Below the pieces are notes generated by a model, which saw nothing but the letters and a program-made list of their open reading frames with translations, was not told the origin of the DNA and searched no databases. DNA of 64,000 nucleotides, from NCBI GenBank assembly GCA_040383605.1, contig JBEIDF010000002.1, positions 6,769-70,768 of the forward strand. The letters run 5' to 3'. Position numbers and translations under genes: made by a program. Positions 42,504 to 51,491 of the stretch are shown piece by piece. Position 1 is the stretch's first letter. Every line of letters begins with the position of its first letter. Source of the DNA: Lewinellaceae bacterium (GTDB lineage: Bacteria; Bacteroidota; Bacteroidia; Chitinophagales; Saprospiraceae).

Positions 42504-44234
42504 TTATTCCTGCGCAAGGCTCAGAAATTGCTTTTCATACAAGGCGCGATATCGGCCGCTTTCGTTGGTCAGGAGTGCCTCGTGCGGGCCGAATTCCATT
42601 ACGATGCCTTTCTCCAGCACCATGACGTTGGAGGCGTTGCGGATCGTGCTCAGGCGGTGCGCAATAATGATGCTGGTGCGCTTGGCGATGAGTTTTTCAA
42701 TCGCAAACTGGATCACCGACTCCGTCTCCGGATCTATAGAGGAAGTGGCCTCGTCGAGAATCAGGATATCCGGATTGAACACCAGCGCGCGCACGAACGA
42801 TATGAGTTGCCGCTGCCCCAGGGACAAGGAGGCGCCGCGTTCCATTACCTGGTATTGATAGCCGCCCGGCAGTTTTTCGATAAATGCGTGGGCGCCGATC
42901 ATTTTGGCCGCTTCGATTACGGCGGACTCCGGGATGTCGGGATCGCGCAGGGTGATATTTTCCAGCACCGTTCCGGAGAATAAAAACACGTCCTGGAGTA
43001 CCACGGCAATGCGGCTGCGCAGGGCGGCGAGCTCGTATTGTTGGATATCTTTCCCGTCAATCAGGATCTGTCCCGACTGGATTTCATAAAAACGATTGAG
43101 CAGGCTGATGATGGTCGTTTTGCCAGAGCCGGTCGAACCGACGATCGCAAGGGTTTCTCCAGGTTGAATATGAAAACTGACCGATTTTAAGATGGGCTCG
43201 CCTTCATTGTAGGAAAAATCCACCTGATCGAAACGGACGTCGCCCTCGAGCCGGGCAGGCTTGAGCGTGCCGGTATTGTCGGCGCCGCGCGCGGTATCCA
43301 GCAGGAGGAAGACGCGTTCGGCGGCAATCAGCCCCATTTGGAGGGTGTTAAACTTATCCGCCAGCATACGGATTGGCCGGTATAGCATTGAAATATATAG
43401 GGGGAAAGATACCAATACGCCAATGGTGACTTCGCCCGACAGTACGCCGCGGGCGCCGTACCATACCATCAGTCCAAGCGAAAGCGCGCTGATAATATCC
43501 ACAACTGGGAAAAAAATGGCGTACGCCAGAATGGATTTCAGGTTGGCTTCCGTGTAATCGCGGTTTATCCGGCGGAATTTGTCCGCCTCCAGCGCCTCGG
43601 CATTAAAAATCTGTACGATGCGCATGCCCGTGATGCGCTCTTGTAAGTACGCATTCATCGTGGCGATGTGGGTACGCACTTTTTCGTAACTCTTGCGCAC
43701 GCTTTCCTTGAACTGATACGATCCCCATATCAGCAGCGGAAAAACCGATAAAACGACCAGCGTTAACTTCCACGAAGTGAAAAACATCATGGCCAACACG
43801 GCAACGATGGTCAGCAAATCGGCCAAAATCGTGATACTGCCCTCCGAAAAAATGGTGTTGATCGCCTCCATATCATTAATGGTGCGCGTCGTGCTTTGGC
43901 CGATGGGCGTGCGATCAAAATAAGAAAGATTCAACCCGGTGATGTGGTTGAATATGCGCACGCGGAGGTCGCGAATCACTGCCTGCCCCAGCCAGTCGGC
44001 CTGATAAAGAAAAAAATACCGCAGCACAACCTCTACCAGCAACACGCCGAGAATGGCGGCGGCCAGTGCCGACATCCCGCTGACGTCGCCCGGCACGATA
44101 TGGTCATCCACCATCACCTGCAGCATTTTTGGCCGCAATACTGCCAGGGGCGCCAAGACAAGCGTGAGGCTCGCTGTCACCAGAAAGGTGAAGCGGTAGG
44201 GGCGAACCATGGAGAGGACTTGGCGGAAAAGCAT
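42504..44234 (-). CDS. ABC exporter, fused permease/ATPase (MsbA/multidrug type)
   Basis: It has six TM segments followed by Walker A GSTGSGKTT, the signature LSLGQRQ and Walker B ILILDEATS. Confidence 0.9.
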   Translation of the reverse strand: MLFRQVLSMVRPYRFTFLVTASLTLVLAPLAVLRPKMLQVMVDDHIVPGDVSGMSALAAAILGVLLVEVVLRYFFLYQADWLGQAVIRDLRVRIFNHITGLNLSYFDRTPIGQSTTRTINDMEAINTIFSEGSITILADLLTIVAVLAMMFFTSWKLTLVVLSVFPLLIWGSYQFKESVRKSYEKVRTHIATMNAYLQERITGMRIVQIFNAEALEADKFRRINRDYTEANLKSILAYAIFFPVVDIISALSLGLMVWYGARGVLSGEVTIGVLVSFPLYISMLYRPIRMLADKFNTLQMGLIAAERVFLLLDTARGADNTGTLKPARLEGDVRFDQVDFSYNEGEPILKSVSFHIQPGETLAIVGSTGSGKTTIISLLNRFYEIQSGQILIDGKDIQQYELAALRSRIAVVLQDVFLFSGTVLENITLRDPDIPESAVIEAAKMIGAHAFIEKLPGGYQYQVMERGASLSLGQRQLISFVRALVFNPDILILDEATSSIDPETESVIQFAIEKLIAKRTSIIIAHRLSTIRNASNVMVLEKGIVMEFGPHEALLTNESGRYRALYEKQFLSLAQE

Positions 44235-44247
44235 GGGAAAGCGGGTT

Positions 44248-44279
44248 GTGGATTGCGGATTTGGGATTGCGGATTGGGG
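44248..44279. repeat. Heptamer-array copy
   Basis: The sequence gtggattgcggatttgggattgcggattgggg lies 14 nt upstream of the ABC exporter start codon, in the 5' leader on the minus strand. Confidence 0.7.
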
Positions 44280-44439
44280 TGCAAAGATCGGTAAAAAAAC
44301 GGGAAAGTTTGGGGGGTGGGTTGTATATCATAGCGTTCATCGTTGATTTGGGGAAATTCGTCGCGATTTTTTTGTTTCAGACGACCAAACCGGCGTAAAT
44401 TGAGGCGTCAAATCAAATTACGTACAAAACAGACATTTT

Positions 44440-45009
44440 ATGGAGTATCTTGACCAAAATGCACCTGATCCTTCCGAGGTATCGGCCTGGCCTGTTTCAA
44501 TCCGCCACGGTTTAATCTGGGGCGCCGTATCCATTGCCATCGGACTGATTGGGTACTTAATGGGTATTGATCCGGTCATGCCGGAGCAGAATATGGTTGC
44601 CCAGATTTTTATCGGATTATTCAGTTTACTGGTTTCGATCTGGGCGGTGCGCGCCGCAATCAAGCACCACCGCGACCACGAGTTGGGCGGTTATTTGCCT
44701 TTGGGCCGGGGCGTCAAAGTCGGCGCCCTGACCGGACTGATCGCCGGCGCGCTCAGCGCGGTCTGGATGATACTGTACGTGACCGTGATCAATCCCGGTT
44801 TTTCTGAATCTATCCGAGAGGCCCAAATGGCGCAGTTTGAGAGCCAGGGTATGAGCGAAGATCAAATTGAAATGGCCATAAATGTGTCAAGTTGGTTTAC
44901 CAACCCGGCTTTTTTGGGCGTTTCGCAAATGTTTGGCAGCCTGTTCTACGGCCTGATACTGGGCCTGATTATCGGCGCGGTGTTTAAACGGGAGCCCAGC
45001 GGGTTATAG
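44440..45009 (+). CDS. DUF4199-family membrane protein
   Basis: It has four predicted TM segments with a central amphipathic segment (FSESIREAQMAQFESQGMSEDQIEMAI), which is typical of DUF4199. Confidence 0.7.
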   Translation: MEYLDQNAPDPSEVSAWPVSIRHGLIWGAVSIAIGLIGYLMGIDPVMPEQNMVAQIFIGLFSLLVSIWAVRAAIKHHRDHELGGYLPLGRGVKVGALTGLIAGALSAVWMILYVTVINPGFSESIREAQMAQFESQGMSEDQIEMAINVSSWFTNPAFLGVSQMFGSLFYGLILGLIIGAVFKREPSGL

Positions 45010-45148
45010 AATACGCGGGTTCTCTCCCGCAGAACACGCGGATTGGGCGGAATGCGCGAATTTTTAATCCTTAAACGTAAATTTTTGTAAAAAAAATCTG
45101 CGGCTTCCGCGGTTTCCGCGTGTTCTGCGGGAAAAAACCGCGTATTCT
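45008..45148. repeat. Inverted repeats of ~33 nt (45008-45041 / 45116-45148) flanking an AT-rich core
   Basis: The left arm is agaatacgcgggttctctcccgcagaacacgcgg and the right arm is ccgcgtgttctgcgggaaaaaaccgcgtattct. The motif TTCTGCGGGA occurs three times (one copy inverted). Confidence 0.75.
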
Positions 45149-45161
45149 GCGGGAGAAAAAC

Positions 45162-45683
45162 ATGAAAAATCCAGGTCTTCGTTATGGCGTATTCGGCGGA
45201 TTGTCCGTCGTTCTTTATTTTTTAAGTTTTTATTACAGCCAAAAAAATTTATTCATCAACCCGGTTGTCCAGTGGACTTCGATGATAATCTACGTACTGT
45301 GTATGTATCGGGCGGCGCGGGAGGATTTTGCGTTGCATGGCGTGGAGCGGGATTTTAGATTGCTTACCCGGACGCCTTTTTTGGTCTTCATCCTGATCAA
45401 TCTGGCGTATTGGCTTTTTTACTACAGCATCCATTTGGCCGATCCGGAGTTGCTGGCCATGGAAACGCAGGCGCAGTTGTCGGCTTTGCAGCAGCAGATC
45501 GCCGCTGGGGTGGGGGATCCGGAGCAGGCGAACCTTATCCGGGAGCAGATTCAATTTCTCCAAAAGGAGGGAATGAGTATGACCCTGGGGCCGGTGCTGA
45601 TGCAGATGGCGCGCGGGGCGATCGGCGGATTTGGCTTGGCTTCCGTACTGGTGATACTTTTGAAAAATTCCTACAAAAATTGA
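45162..45683 (+). CDS. DUF4199-like membrane protein (paralog of the upstream gene)
   Basis: It shares the architecture of the upstream gene: TM pairs flanking a helical Q/E-rich segment. The start is at the ATG at 45162. Confidence 0.6.
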   Translation: MKNPGLRYGVFGGLSVVLYFLSFYYSQKNLFINPVVQWTSMIIYVLCMYRAAREDFALHGVERDFRLLTRTPFLVFILINLAYWLFYYSIHLADPELLAMETQAQLSALQQQIAAGVGDPEQANLIREQIQFLQKEGMSMTLGPVLMQMARGAIGGFGLASVLVILLKNSYKN

Positions 45684-45693
45684 GCGCTGCGTT

Positions 45694-46686
45694 ATGAAAA
45701 TCATGCCGGATCGCCGGTCGTCTCAAACGGGAAATCCGCACCGAAAATCCATTCGGTCACTGTCGTTTTCCGGCGTTCTGCGGTGGTCGCTGTTCATCGG
45801 CGTCCTGGTGTGGATAGGGCTAAACCTGTATCAGGACATTCCTTTGGCCGATTTGAAAGCGCGATATACCTTCCCCGATTCCCGATTTGTGTCGGTAGAG
45901 GGCATGGAGGTGCACTACCGGCGTTGTGGAAAAGGCGAGCCTATCCTGTTGTTGCACGATGCAAACAGTTCCCTGCACACTTGGTCGGGCTGGATAGATT
46001 CGCTCTCGGCGCATTACGAGGTTATTGCATTGGACTTGCCAGGCTTCGGGCTTACGGGCCCTAATCCGCGGGGAAGTTACAGCGCGTTTATGTACGTCAA
46101 TTTTTTGGAGCAGTTTACCAAGGCGCTCAAATTACCGCGATTTCACCTTGTCGGTAACGGGTTGGGCGCTCAGATTGCCTGGTTTTACGCGGCAGAGCAT
46201 CCTGACCGCCTGCGGCGGCTCATTTTGTTGAGCGCGCCCGGGTTTGAGAAATCACCGTTTTCGCTGGTGACGTACATCGCCCAGACGCCCGTACTCAACC
46301 GCATTTTATGGCGCGTTACGCCCCGGTTTTGCGTACGCGTCCTGTTGGAAAATATGTATGCCGACGATGCGCGCGCCGACGAGGCCCTGCTCATCCGGCA
46401 TTTCGAATTGCTGCGCCGCCCAGGCAATCGGAAGGCGATTACCGATCGAGCCCAGGTGCGCGACAACCGGCCGCCGGCCGCCATGGTGGAGCAGATCAGC
46501 GCGCCAACCCTGATTCTTTGGGGCGCGGAAGACACCCAGATATCGCCGGAAAATGCATACGAGTTCCACCGCCTGATTCGCGGCTCCCTGTTGCGTATTT
46601 ACCAAAATACCGGCCATTGGCCGCAGGAAGAGAGTCCGGGAGCAACCGTCCGGGATGCGCAGAGTTTCCTGCTGGGAAAGTTTTAG
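45694..46686 (+). CDS. Alpha/beta hydrolase (membrane-anchored)
   Basis: It has an N-terminal TM segment, the oxyanion motif ILLLHD, the nucleophile-elbow region HLVGNGLGAQIA and a C-terminal GHWPQEE. Confidence 0.85.
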   Translation: MKIMPDRRSSQTGNPHRKSIRSLSFSGVLRWSLFIGVLVWIGLNLYQDIPLADLKARYTFPDSRFVSVEGMEVHYRRCGKGEPILLLHDANSSLHTWSGWIDSLSAHYEVIALDLPGFGLTGPNPRGSYSAFMYVNFLEQFTKALKLPRFHLVGNGLGAQIAWFYAAEHPDRLRRLILLSAPGFEKSPFSLVTYIAQTPVLNRILWRVTPRFCVRVLLENMYADDARADEALLIRHFELLRRPGNRKAITDRAQVRDNRPPAAMVEQISAPTLILWGAEDTQISPENAYEFHRLIRGSLLRIYQNTGHWPQEESPGATVRDAQSFLLGKF

Positions 46687-46911
46687 AATAGGCTCTGAAT
46701 ATCCCTGCGAAACGCAACTGGGTTTTCCTCATTCTTTGTGATTTTTTGCAGAAGATCAAGAAAATCGCTTCGGCTGGCTGAAAACAGACTCGTTTTTGTG
46801 CCAGCCGCCACTAATTTAAAAGCACAGGAAAAAACCAAAATTTCCAAAAAAAATCTTTATTTTTGCCTGTTAGCAATCCCGCACGTTGGTTTCATTTGCA
46901 AACGCCACCCT

Positions 46912-47676
46912 ATGAAAAATACCGCGATCAATCTGCTCGTGCGTTCAATCGTTTTTTTAGTAGCCTCGAACGCCGCGCTATACGGACAGGACGCAAAAGA
47001 AATCGTCCGGCGCGCAGAAGACCATGCGCGGGGGAAAACCTCCATCGCGGAAATGACGATTACGACCGTGCGCCCAAAGTGGACGCGCAGCCTCGACATG
47101 AAAGTATGGATGAAAGGAACCGATTTTGCCCTGCTCCTCGTGCAGTCGCCCGCGAAAGACAAAGGAATTGCCTACTTGAAAAGAAAAAAAGAGGTCTGGA
47201 ACTGGCTGCCCAGTTTGGAACGCACCATCAAATTGCCGCCTTCGATGATGGGACAGTCTTGGATGGGCACCGATTTTACCAACGACGACCTGGTGAAGGA
47301 GGCCTCTGCGCTGGAGGATTACAACCATACCTTGCTCGGATCGGAAATGCAGGACGCGCGCGCCTGCTATAAAATCGAAATGGTTCCCAAGCCAGCGGCG
47401 GCGGTTGTGTGGAGCAAGGTGCTGGTGTGGATTGACAAAAAGGATTACCTGCAAATGCGCACCGAATTTTACGACGACGCCGGCGATTTGGTAAACACCC
47501 TGATAGCCTCAGACGTCCGGATTTTGGGCGGCCGGCTGTTACCCGCTACCCTGACGATGCTTCCGGCGGATAAATCCGGCCATAAAACGGAAATTCGCTA
47601 TCGGAGCATGCTATACGATCAGCCAATCAGCGATGATTTTTTTACAACCGATAATTTGAGTCGAGTGAAAGGATAA
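46912..47676 (+). CDS. LolA-like outer-membrane lipoprotein-sorting family protein
   Basis: It has a signal peptide. The sequence then resembles the family usually annotated as outer membrane lipoprotein-sorting protein (MTITTVRPKWTRSLDMKVWMKG...WNWLPSLERTIKLP...WMGTDFTNDDL). Confidence 0.7.
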   Translation: MKNTAINLLVRSIVFLVASNAALYGQDAKEIVRRAEDHARGKTSIAEMTITTVRPKWTRSLDMKVWMKGTDFALLLVQSPAKDKGIAYLKRKKEVWNWLPSLERTIKLPPSMMGQSWMGTDFTNDDLVKEASALEDYNHTLLGSEMQDARACYKIEMVPKPAAAVVWSKVLVWIDKKDYLQMRTEFYDDAGDLVNTLIASDVRILGGRLLPATLTMLPADKSGHKTEIRYRSMLYDQPISDDFFTTDNLSRVKG

Positions 47677-47733
47677 CATGCCCGGCGCTTCGCCAAGCGT
47701 AGCGGGGTGTTTTTATATCAATCAACCCTATTC

Positions 47734-48948
47734 ATGCTCCTCCTTCTTGCCTGGCGCAACATTTGGCGCAACCGCCACCGTTCTTGGATCACCATGGCTT
47801 CCGTGGCGGGCGCTGTCGTGTTGGCCGTCCTGATGGCGTCTTTGCAGAAAGGCGTTTTTGAACACCTGATCAAAAATGTCGTCAGCCTTTACACCGGTTA
47901 CGTGCAGGTACACGCGAAAGGGTATTGGAAAGAACAGGTGCTGGAGAATAGCTTTGAGTGGACAGCGGATCTGAACCGGCGTGTCTCGAGCCGGCCCGGC
48001 GTGGCCTTGGCGGCCCCTCGCCTGGAGGCTTTTGCACTGGCCTCCAGCGGTGAAAAAACACGGGGCTGTCTGGTAGTGGGCGTGGAACCCGAACAGGAAG
48101 ACCGGATTACCGCCTTGCGCTCGAAAGTAGCGGTGGGCGATTTTTTATCGGAGGATCGCCCGGGTATCCTGGTGGCGGGCGGACTGGCGGAAAAGTTGGA
48201 TTTGCAACTCGGCGATACCTTGGTTTTGTTGTCGCAGGGATATTATGGCAGCACGGCAGCGGGTAAATATGCGATCCGAGGTTTGTTGCATTTTGGGTCG
48301 CCGGAACTGAACAACTCCGTGGCCTACCTCTCCTTACCGCAGGCGCAAACCTGGTTGGACGCGCCCGGGCGCGTGACGGCTTTGGCGCTGGGCCTGCAGG
48401 AATCCGCCGATCCGGTTGCAGTGACCGCTGATTTGCGCGGCGCGCTGGACACAGCCTACGAGGTAATGAGCTGGGAGGATATGATGCCGGATATTGTGCA
48501 ACACATTCAATCGGATACGATTGGCATGTATATTTTTTTGGGCGTGCTCTATCTGGTCATCGCCTTTGGCATTTTTTCCACCCTGCTCATGATGTATGTG
48601 GAACGCCGGCGGGAATTTGGAATGCTTGTCGCTCTTGGTATGCGGAAAGCGCGCATAGCTGGGATGATCCTGGCGGAATCCGTGATGCTCACCATGTCTG
48701 GCGTCGCCCTCGGCGTGTTGCTGAGCTTCCCTGTCATCTGGTATTTTGCAAAATATCCCCTTCGGTTTAGCGGCGAAATCGCTAAAATATATGAAAAATT
48801 CGGTTTCGAGGCCGTCTTTCCTGCTTCTACCAACCCCGCAGTGTTTTTAATCCAAACAACCACCGTCCTGGCCCTCGGCCTCCTCCTCGCCCTCTACCCC
48901 GCCTGGAAAGTCCTCAAAATCAACCTCTTGGAATCCATGAGAAAATAA
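47734..48948 (+). CDS. ABC transporter permease, FtsX/MacB-LolCE type
   Basis: The N-terminus LAWRNIWRNRHRS is followed by a large periplasmic domain and then a C-terminal FtsX 3-TM bundle. An alternative GTG start lies at 47707. Confidence 0.85.
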   Translation: MLLLLAWRNIWRNRHRSWITMASVAGAVVLAVLMASLQKGVFEHLIKNVVSLYTGYVQVHAKGYWKEQVLENSFEWTADLNRRVSSRPGVALAAPRLEAFALASSGEKTRGCLVVGVEPEQEDRITALRSKVAVGDFLSEDRPGILVAGGLAEKLDLQLGDTLVLLSQGYYGSTAAGKYAIRGLLHFGSPELNNSVAYLSLPQAQTWLDAPGRVTALALGLQESADPVAVTADLRGALDTAYEVMSWEDMMPDIVQHIQSDTIGMYIFLGVLYLVIAFGIFSTLLMMYVERRREFGMLVALGMRKARIAGMILAESVMLTMSGVALGVLLSFPVIWYFAKYPLRFSGEIAKIYEKFGFEAVFPASTNPAVFLIQTTTVLALGLLLALYPAWKVLKINLLESMRK

Positions 48949-48972
48949 TCCACAATCCCAAATCCGCAATCC
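48947..48972. repeat. Heptamer-array copy filling the 28-bp gap between the two FtsX permease genes
   Basis: The sequence aatccacaatcccaaatccgcaatcc overlaps the TAA stop (48946-48948) and ends 4 nt before the ATG at 48977. Confidence 0.7.
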
Positions 48973-48976
48973 AGTC

Positions 48977-50182
48977 ATGCTTTTCCTCATTTCCTGGCGA
49001 AACCTCTGGCGTTATCCCGCACGTAGTTTCCTGATCATGGGCTCCGTGGTGCTCGGCGTCTGGGCCGGCTTGTTCACCAATGCGATTTATTTCGGCATGG
49101 GGGAGAGCCGGAAAACGATCGCAATCCGGCACGAAGTATCGCATATTCAGGTGCACCACCGGAAGTTTCAGGACGACAAAGAGGCGCAGTTTTCGCTCTC
49201 GGTGGATTCGCTGGAGCAGGCCTTTCGGGCATATCCTGAAATAGCGGCCTATTCTTTGCGGACGGTTGGAAGCGCGATGGTCGCAAACGCCTCCGGCAGC
49301 AGGGGCATCACGCTGAATGGTATAGACCCCGCCCGGGAACAGGCGACGCGGCCCTTGAAGGATTTTCTGGTGGCGGGGGATTACCTGGATACCGCCTTAG
49401 CCCATCGCGTGTACCTCAGCACCCGATTAGCCGAGCGGATGAATCTGGAAGTTGGCAATAAAGTCGTGCTGACCATGCTGGATACGGCAAATAATATCGT
49501 GGCGGGCGCTTTTCGGATATGCGGGTTGTTTAAGTCAGCAAATGCGCCTTTCGATGAACAAAACGCCTATTTGCTCAAACACGAACTCGATGCGCTGCTG
49601 GGCACAACCGGCCGCGCCCATGAGGCGGCCATGATGCTGCAGGACGAGCAGGCCATCGGCAAAGTCTGCGCCGGCCTGAACGCCTCGCTGCCGGACGCGC
49701 TTGCGGAAGACTGGACGGTCATCTCTCCGGAGACTGCGCTGGTGCTGCAGTCGCTCGATCAGTTTGCAATCGTATTTATCCTGATCATCCTCTTGGCCCT
49801 GGCTTTCGGAATCGTCAATACGATGCTGATGGCCGTCCTGGAGCGCAGCCGGGAAATCCGAATGCTCCAAGCGATCGGGATGAACCGGACGCGGCTATTT
49901 TTCATGGTGTTGTTTGAAACGGTCTTTTTGACGATTGGAGGGCTTTTGCCCGGACTGCTGCTGGCATGGCTTAGCGTGGCGTGGATGGGTCGAACCGGTC
50001 TTGATCTCAGCCGCGTGGCGGGCGATCTGATGCGCAGTTTCGGCTACGGTGCAGTGATTTATCCGTACTTGCCTGCCAGGACAGTCGTGCAAACCGTCGT
50101 ACTCGTATTCATTACGGCGCTGTTGTCGGCAATTTTCCCGGCATTGCGCGCCATTAAACTCCGCCAGAATCCACCGGCTTGA
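48977..50182 (+). CDS. ABC transporter permease, FtsX/MacB-LolCE type (second copy)
   Basis: It has the N-terminus ISWRNLWRYPARS and the same architecture as the upstream gene. Confidence 0.85.
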   Translation: MLFLISWRNLWRYPARSFLIMGSVVLGVWAGLFTNAIYFGMGESRKTIAIRHEVSHIQVHHRKFQDDKEAQFSLSVDSLEQAFRAYPEIAAYSLRTVGSAMVANASGSRGITLNGIDPAREQATRPLKDFLVAGDYLDTALAHRVYLSTRLAERMNLEVGNKVVLTMLDTANNIVAGAFRICGLFKSANAPFDEQNAYLLKHELDALLGTTGRAHEAAMMLQDEQAIGKVCAGLNASLPDALAEDWTVISPETALVLQSLDQFAIVFILIILLALAFGIVNTMLMAVLERSREIRMLQAIGMNRTRLFFMVLFETVFLTIGGLLPGLLLAWLSVAWMGRTGLDLSRVAGDLMRSFGYGAVIYPYLPARTVVQTVVLVFITALLSAIFPALRAIKLRQNPPA

Positions 50183-50209
50183 GTCAAATTACCTACAATA
50201 CCTCCGCAC

Positions 50210-50902
50210 ATGGTCATAGACGCACACAATATTTCGAAGATTTATCAACCCGATACCGTCCCGGTGTACGCGGTAAACAACGTGCATCTGCATATCGAAA
50301 AGGGCGAGTTTACTGCTCTGGTAGGTCCCTCGGGTTCGGGAAAGACGACCCTGTTGAATATAATAGGCGGACTCGATCAACCGACCTCCGGGCAGGTGCT
50401 CATCAATGGGACGGATTTATCCACCTTGTCGCCGAACGCGCTGATTGATTTCCGCTTGCACAACATTGGATTTGTGTTTCAATCCTACAACCTGCTGCCG
50501 GTGCTTTCTGCAGGCGAAAACATCGAATTTATCATGCTCCTGCAGAAAATACCAGCGTCCGAACGGGCAACGCGCGTCCGGGAACTCCTTCAGGCGGTGG
50601 GACTGGAAGATAAAAAAGACGCGCGTCCCGCCCAACTCTCCGGCGGTCAGCAACAGCGCGTAGCCGTAGCACGGGCCTTGGCGTCCAAGCCCCAGATCAT
50701 TTTGGCCGACGAACCTACCGCGAATCTCGACGGGCAGTCAGCCGCCAATTTGCTCGACATCATGGAAAAACTCAACCGGGAAGCGCATATTACGTTCCTT
50801 TTTTCCACACACGACAAGCGGGTGATTGACCGGGCGCGCCGCGTCATTACCCTGGTGGACGGCAGCGTGGCAAGTGACACCGCCGCCGTCCGTACTGAAT
50901 GA
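50210..50902 (+). CDS. ABC transporter ATP-binding protein (LolD/MacB-NBD type)
   Basis: It has Walker A GPSGSGKTT, the signature LSGGQQQRVAVARAL and Walker B IILADEPT. Confidence 0.92.
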   Translation: MVIDAHNISKIYQPDTVPVYAVNNVHLHIEKGEFTALVGPSGSGKTTLLNIIGGLDQPTSGQVLINGTDLSTLSPNALIDFRLHNIGFVFQSYNLLPVLSAGENIEFIMLLQKIPASERATRVRELLQAVGLEDKKDARPAQLSGGQQQRVAVARALASKPQIILADEPTANLDGQSAANLLDIMEKLNREAHITFLFSTHDKRVIDRARRVITLVDGSVASDTAAVRTE

Positions 50903-50917
50903 TGCGCGTCCGCCCGA

Positions 50918-51352
50918 TTACTGGGCGCTAAAAAACTGCCGCACCGCCGCCACCATTTGGTTGGTGGTCATTTTATCGGTTGTGCGCACCTCCAAAACTA
51001 CCGGGTGGTAGTGTTTGATGTGATCTATCGCTTTTTTTAATCCGAGTTTGGCTTCTGCCGGGCCGAACAGGAACAGCTCGTCCGTTGCCGGATCAATTGC
51101 CTCCAAGATGCGCTCGAAATAACCTTTTTCCTGGTGATGCCGGCGCTCGAGCATTTCCCGTTCAGAAACCCCGCCTTGCGCACCGTACGGAGTTTTCGGT
51201 GCAATGCCGCCTTTCGTAGCGCCGGTATCTATTTCTGATTCGATGTGCCGGATAGCGGGAGCGCCCTCAATTTCATCAAACAGCGGAATGAGATAGGCTT
51301 CCTTGAAATCGAGCCAGATGCCCGTTCTTTTTTTTACTTCGTTCGTATTCAT
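50918..51352 (-). CDS. Hypothetical 144-aa cytoplasmic protein
   Basis: This is a clean ORF with an ATG start and coding-like composition. It has no signal peptide and no confidently recognisable motif. Confidence 0.6.
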   Translation of the reverse strand: MNTNEVKKRTGIWLDFKEAYLIPLFDEIEGAPAIRHIESEIDTGATKGGIAPKTPYGAQGGVSEREMLERRHHQEKGYFERILEAIDPATDELFLFGPAEAKLGLKKAIDHIKHYHPVVLEVRTTDKMTTNQMVAAVRQFFSAQ

Positions 51353-51463
51353 AACATGGATAAGTTTCGGACAAAGGTCGGTAGGTAACCCGTGCTTATT
51401 TACTGATGGGACGCACCCTGTGCAATGACAGACATCACCCGCCCGCGCCGGCGCAAGACGTTG

Positions 51464-51471
51464 TACATTTG
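51464..51471 (+). promoter_or_regulatory. Candidate -7 promoter element TAcaTTTG
   Basis: It matches TAnnTTTG exactly and lies 20 nt upstream of the ATG at 51492. Confidence 0.4.
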
Positions 51472-51491
51472 CATGATCACAAAGCGCCGTT

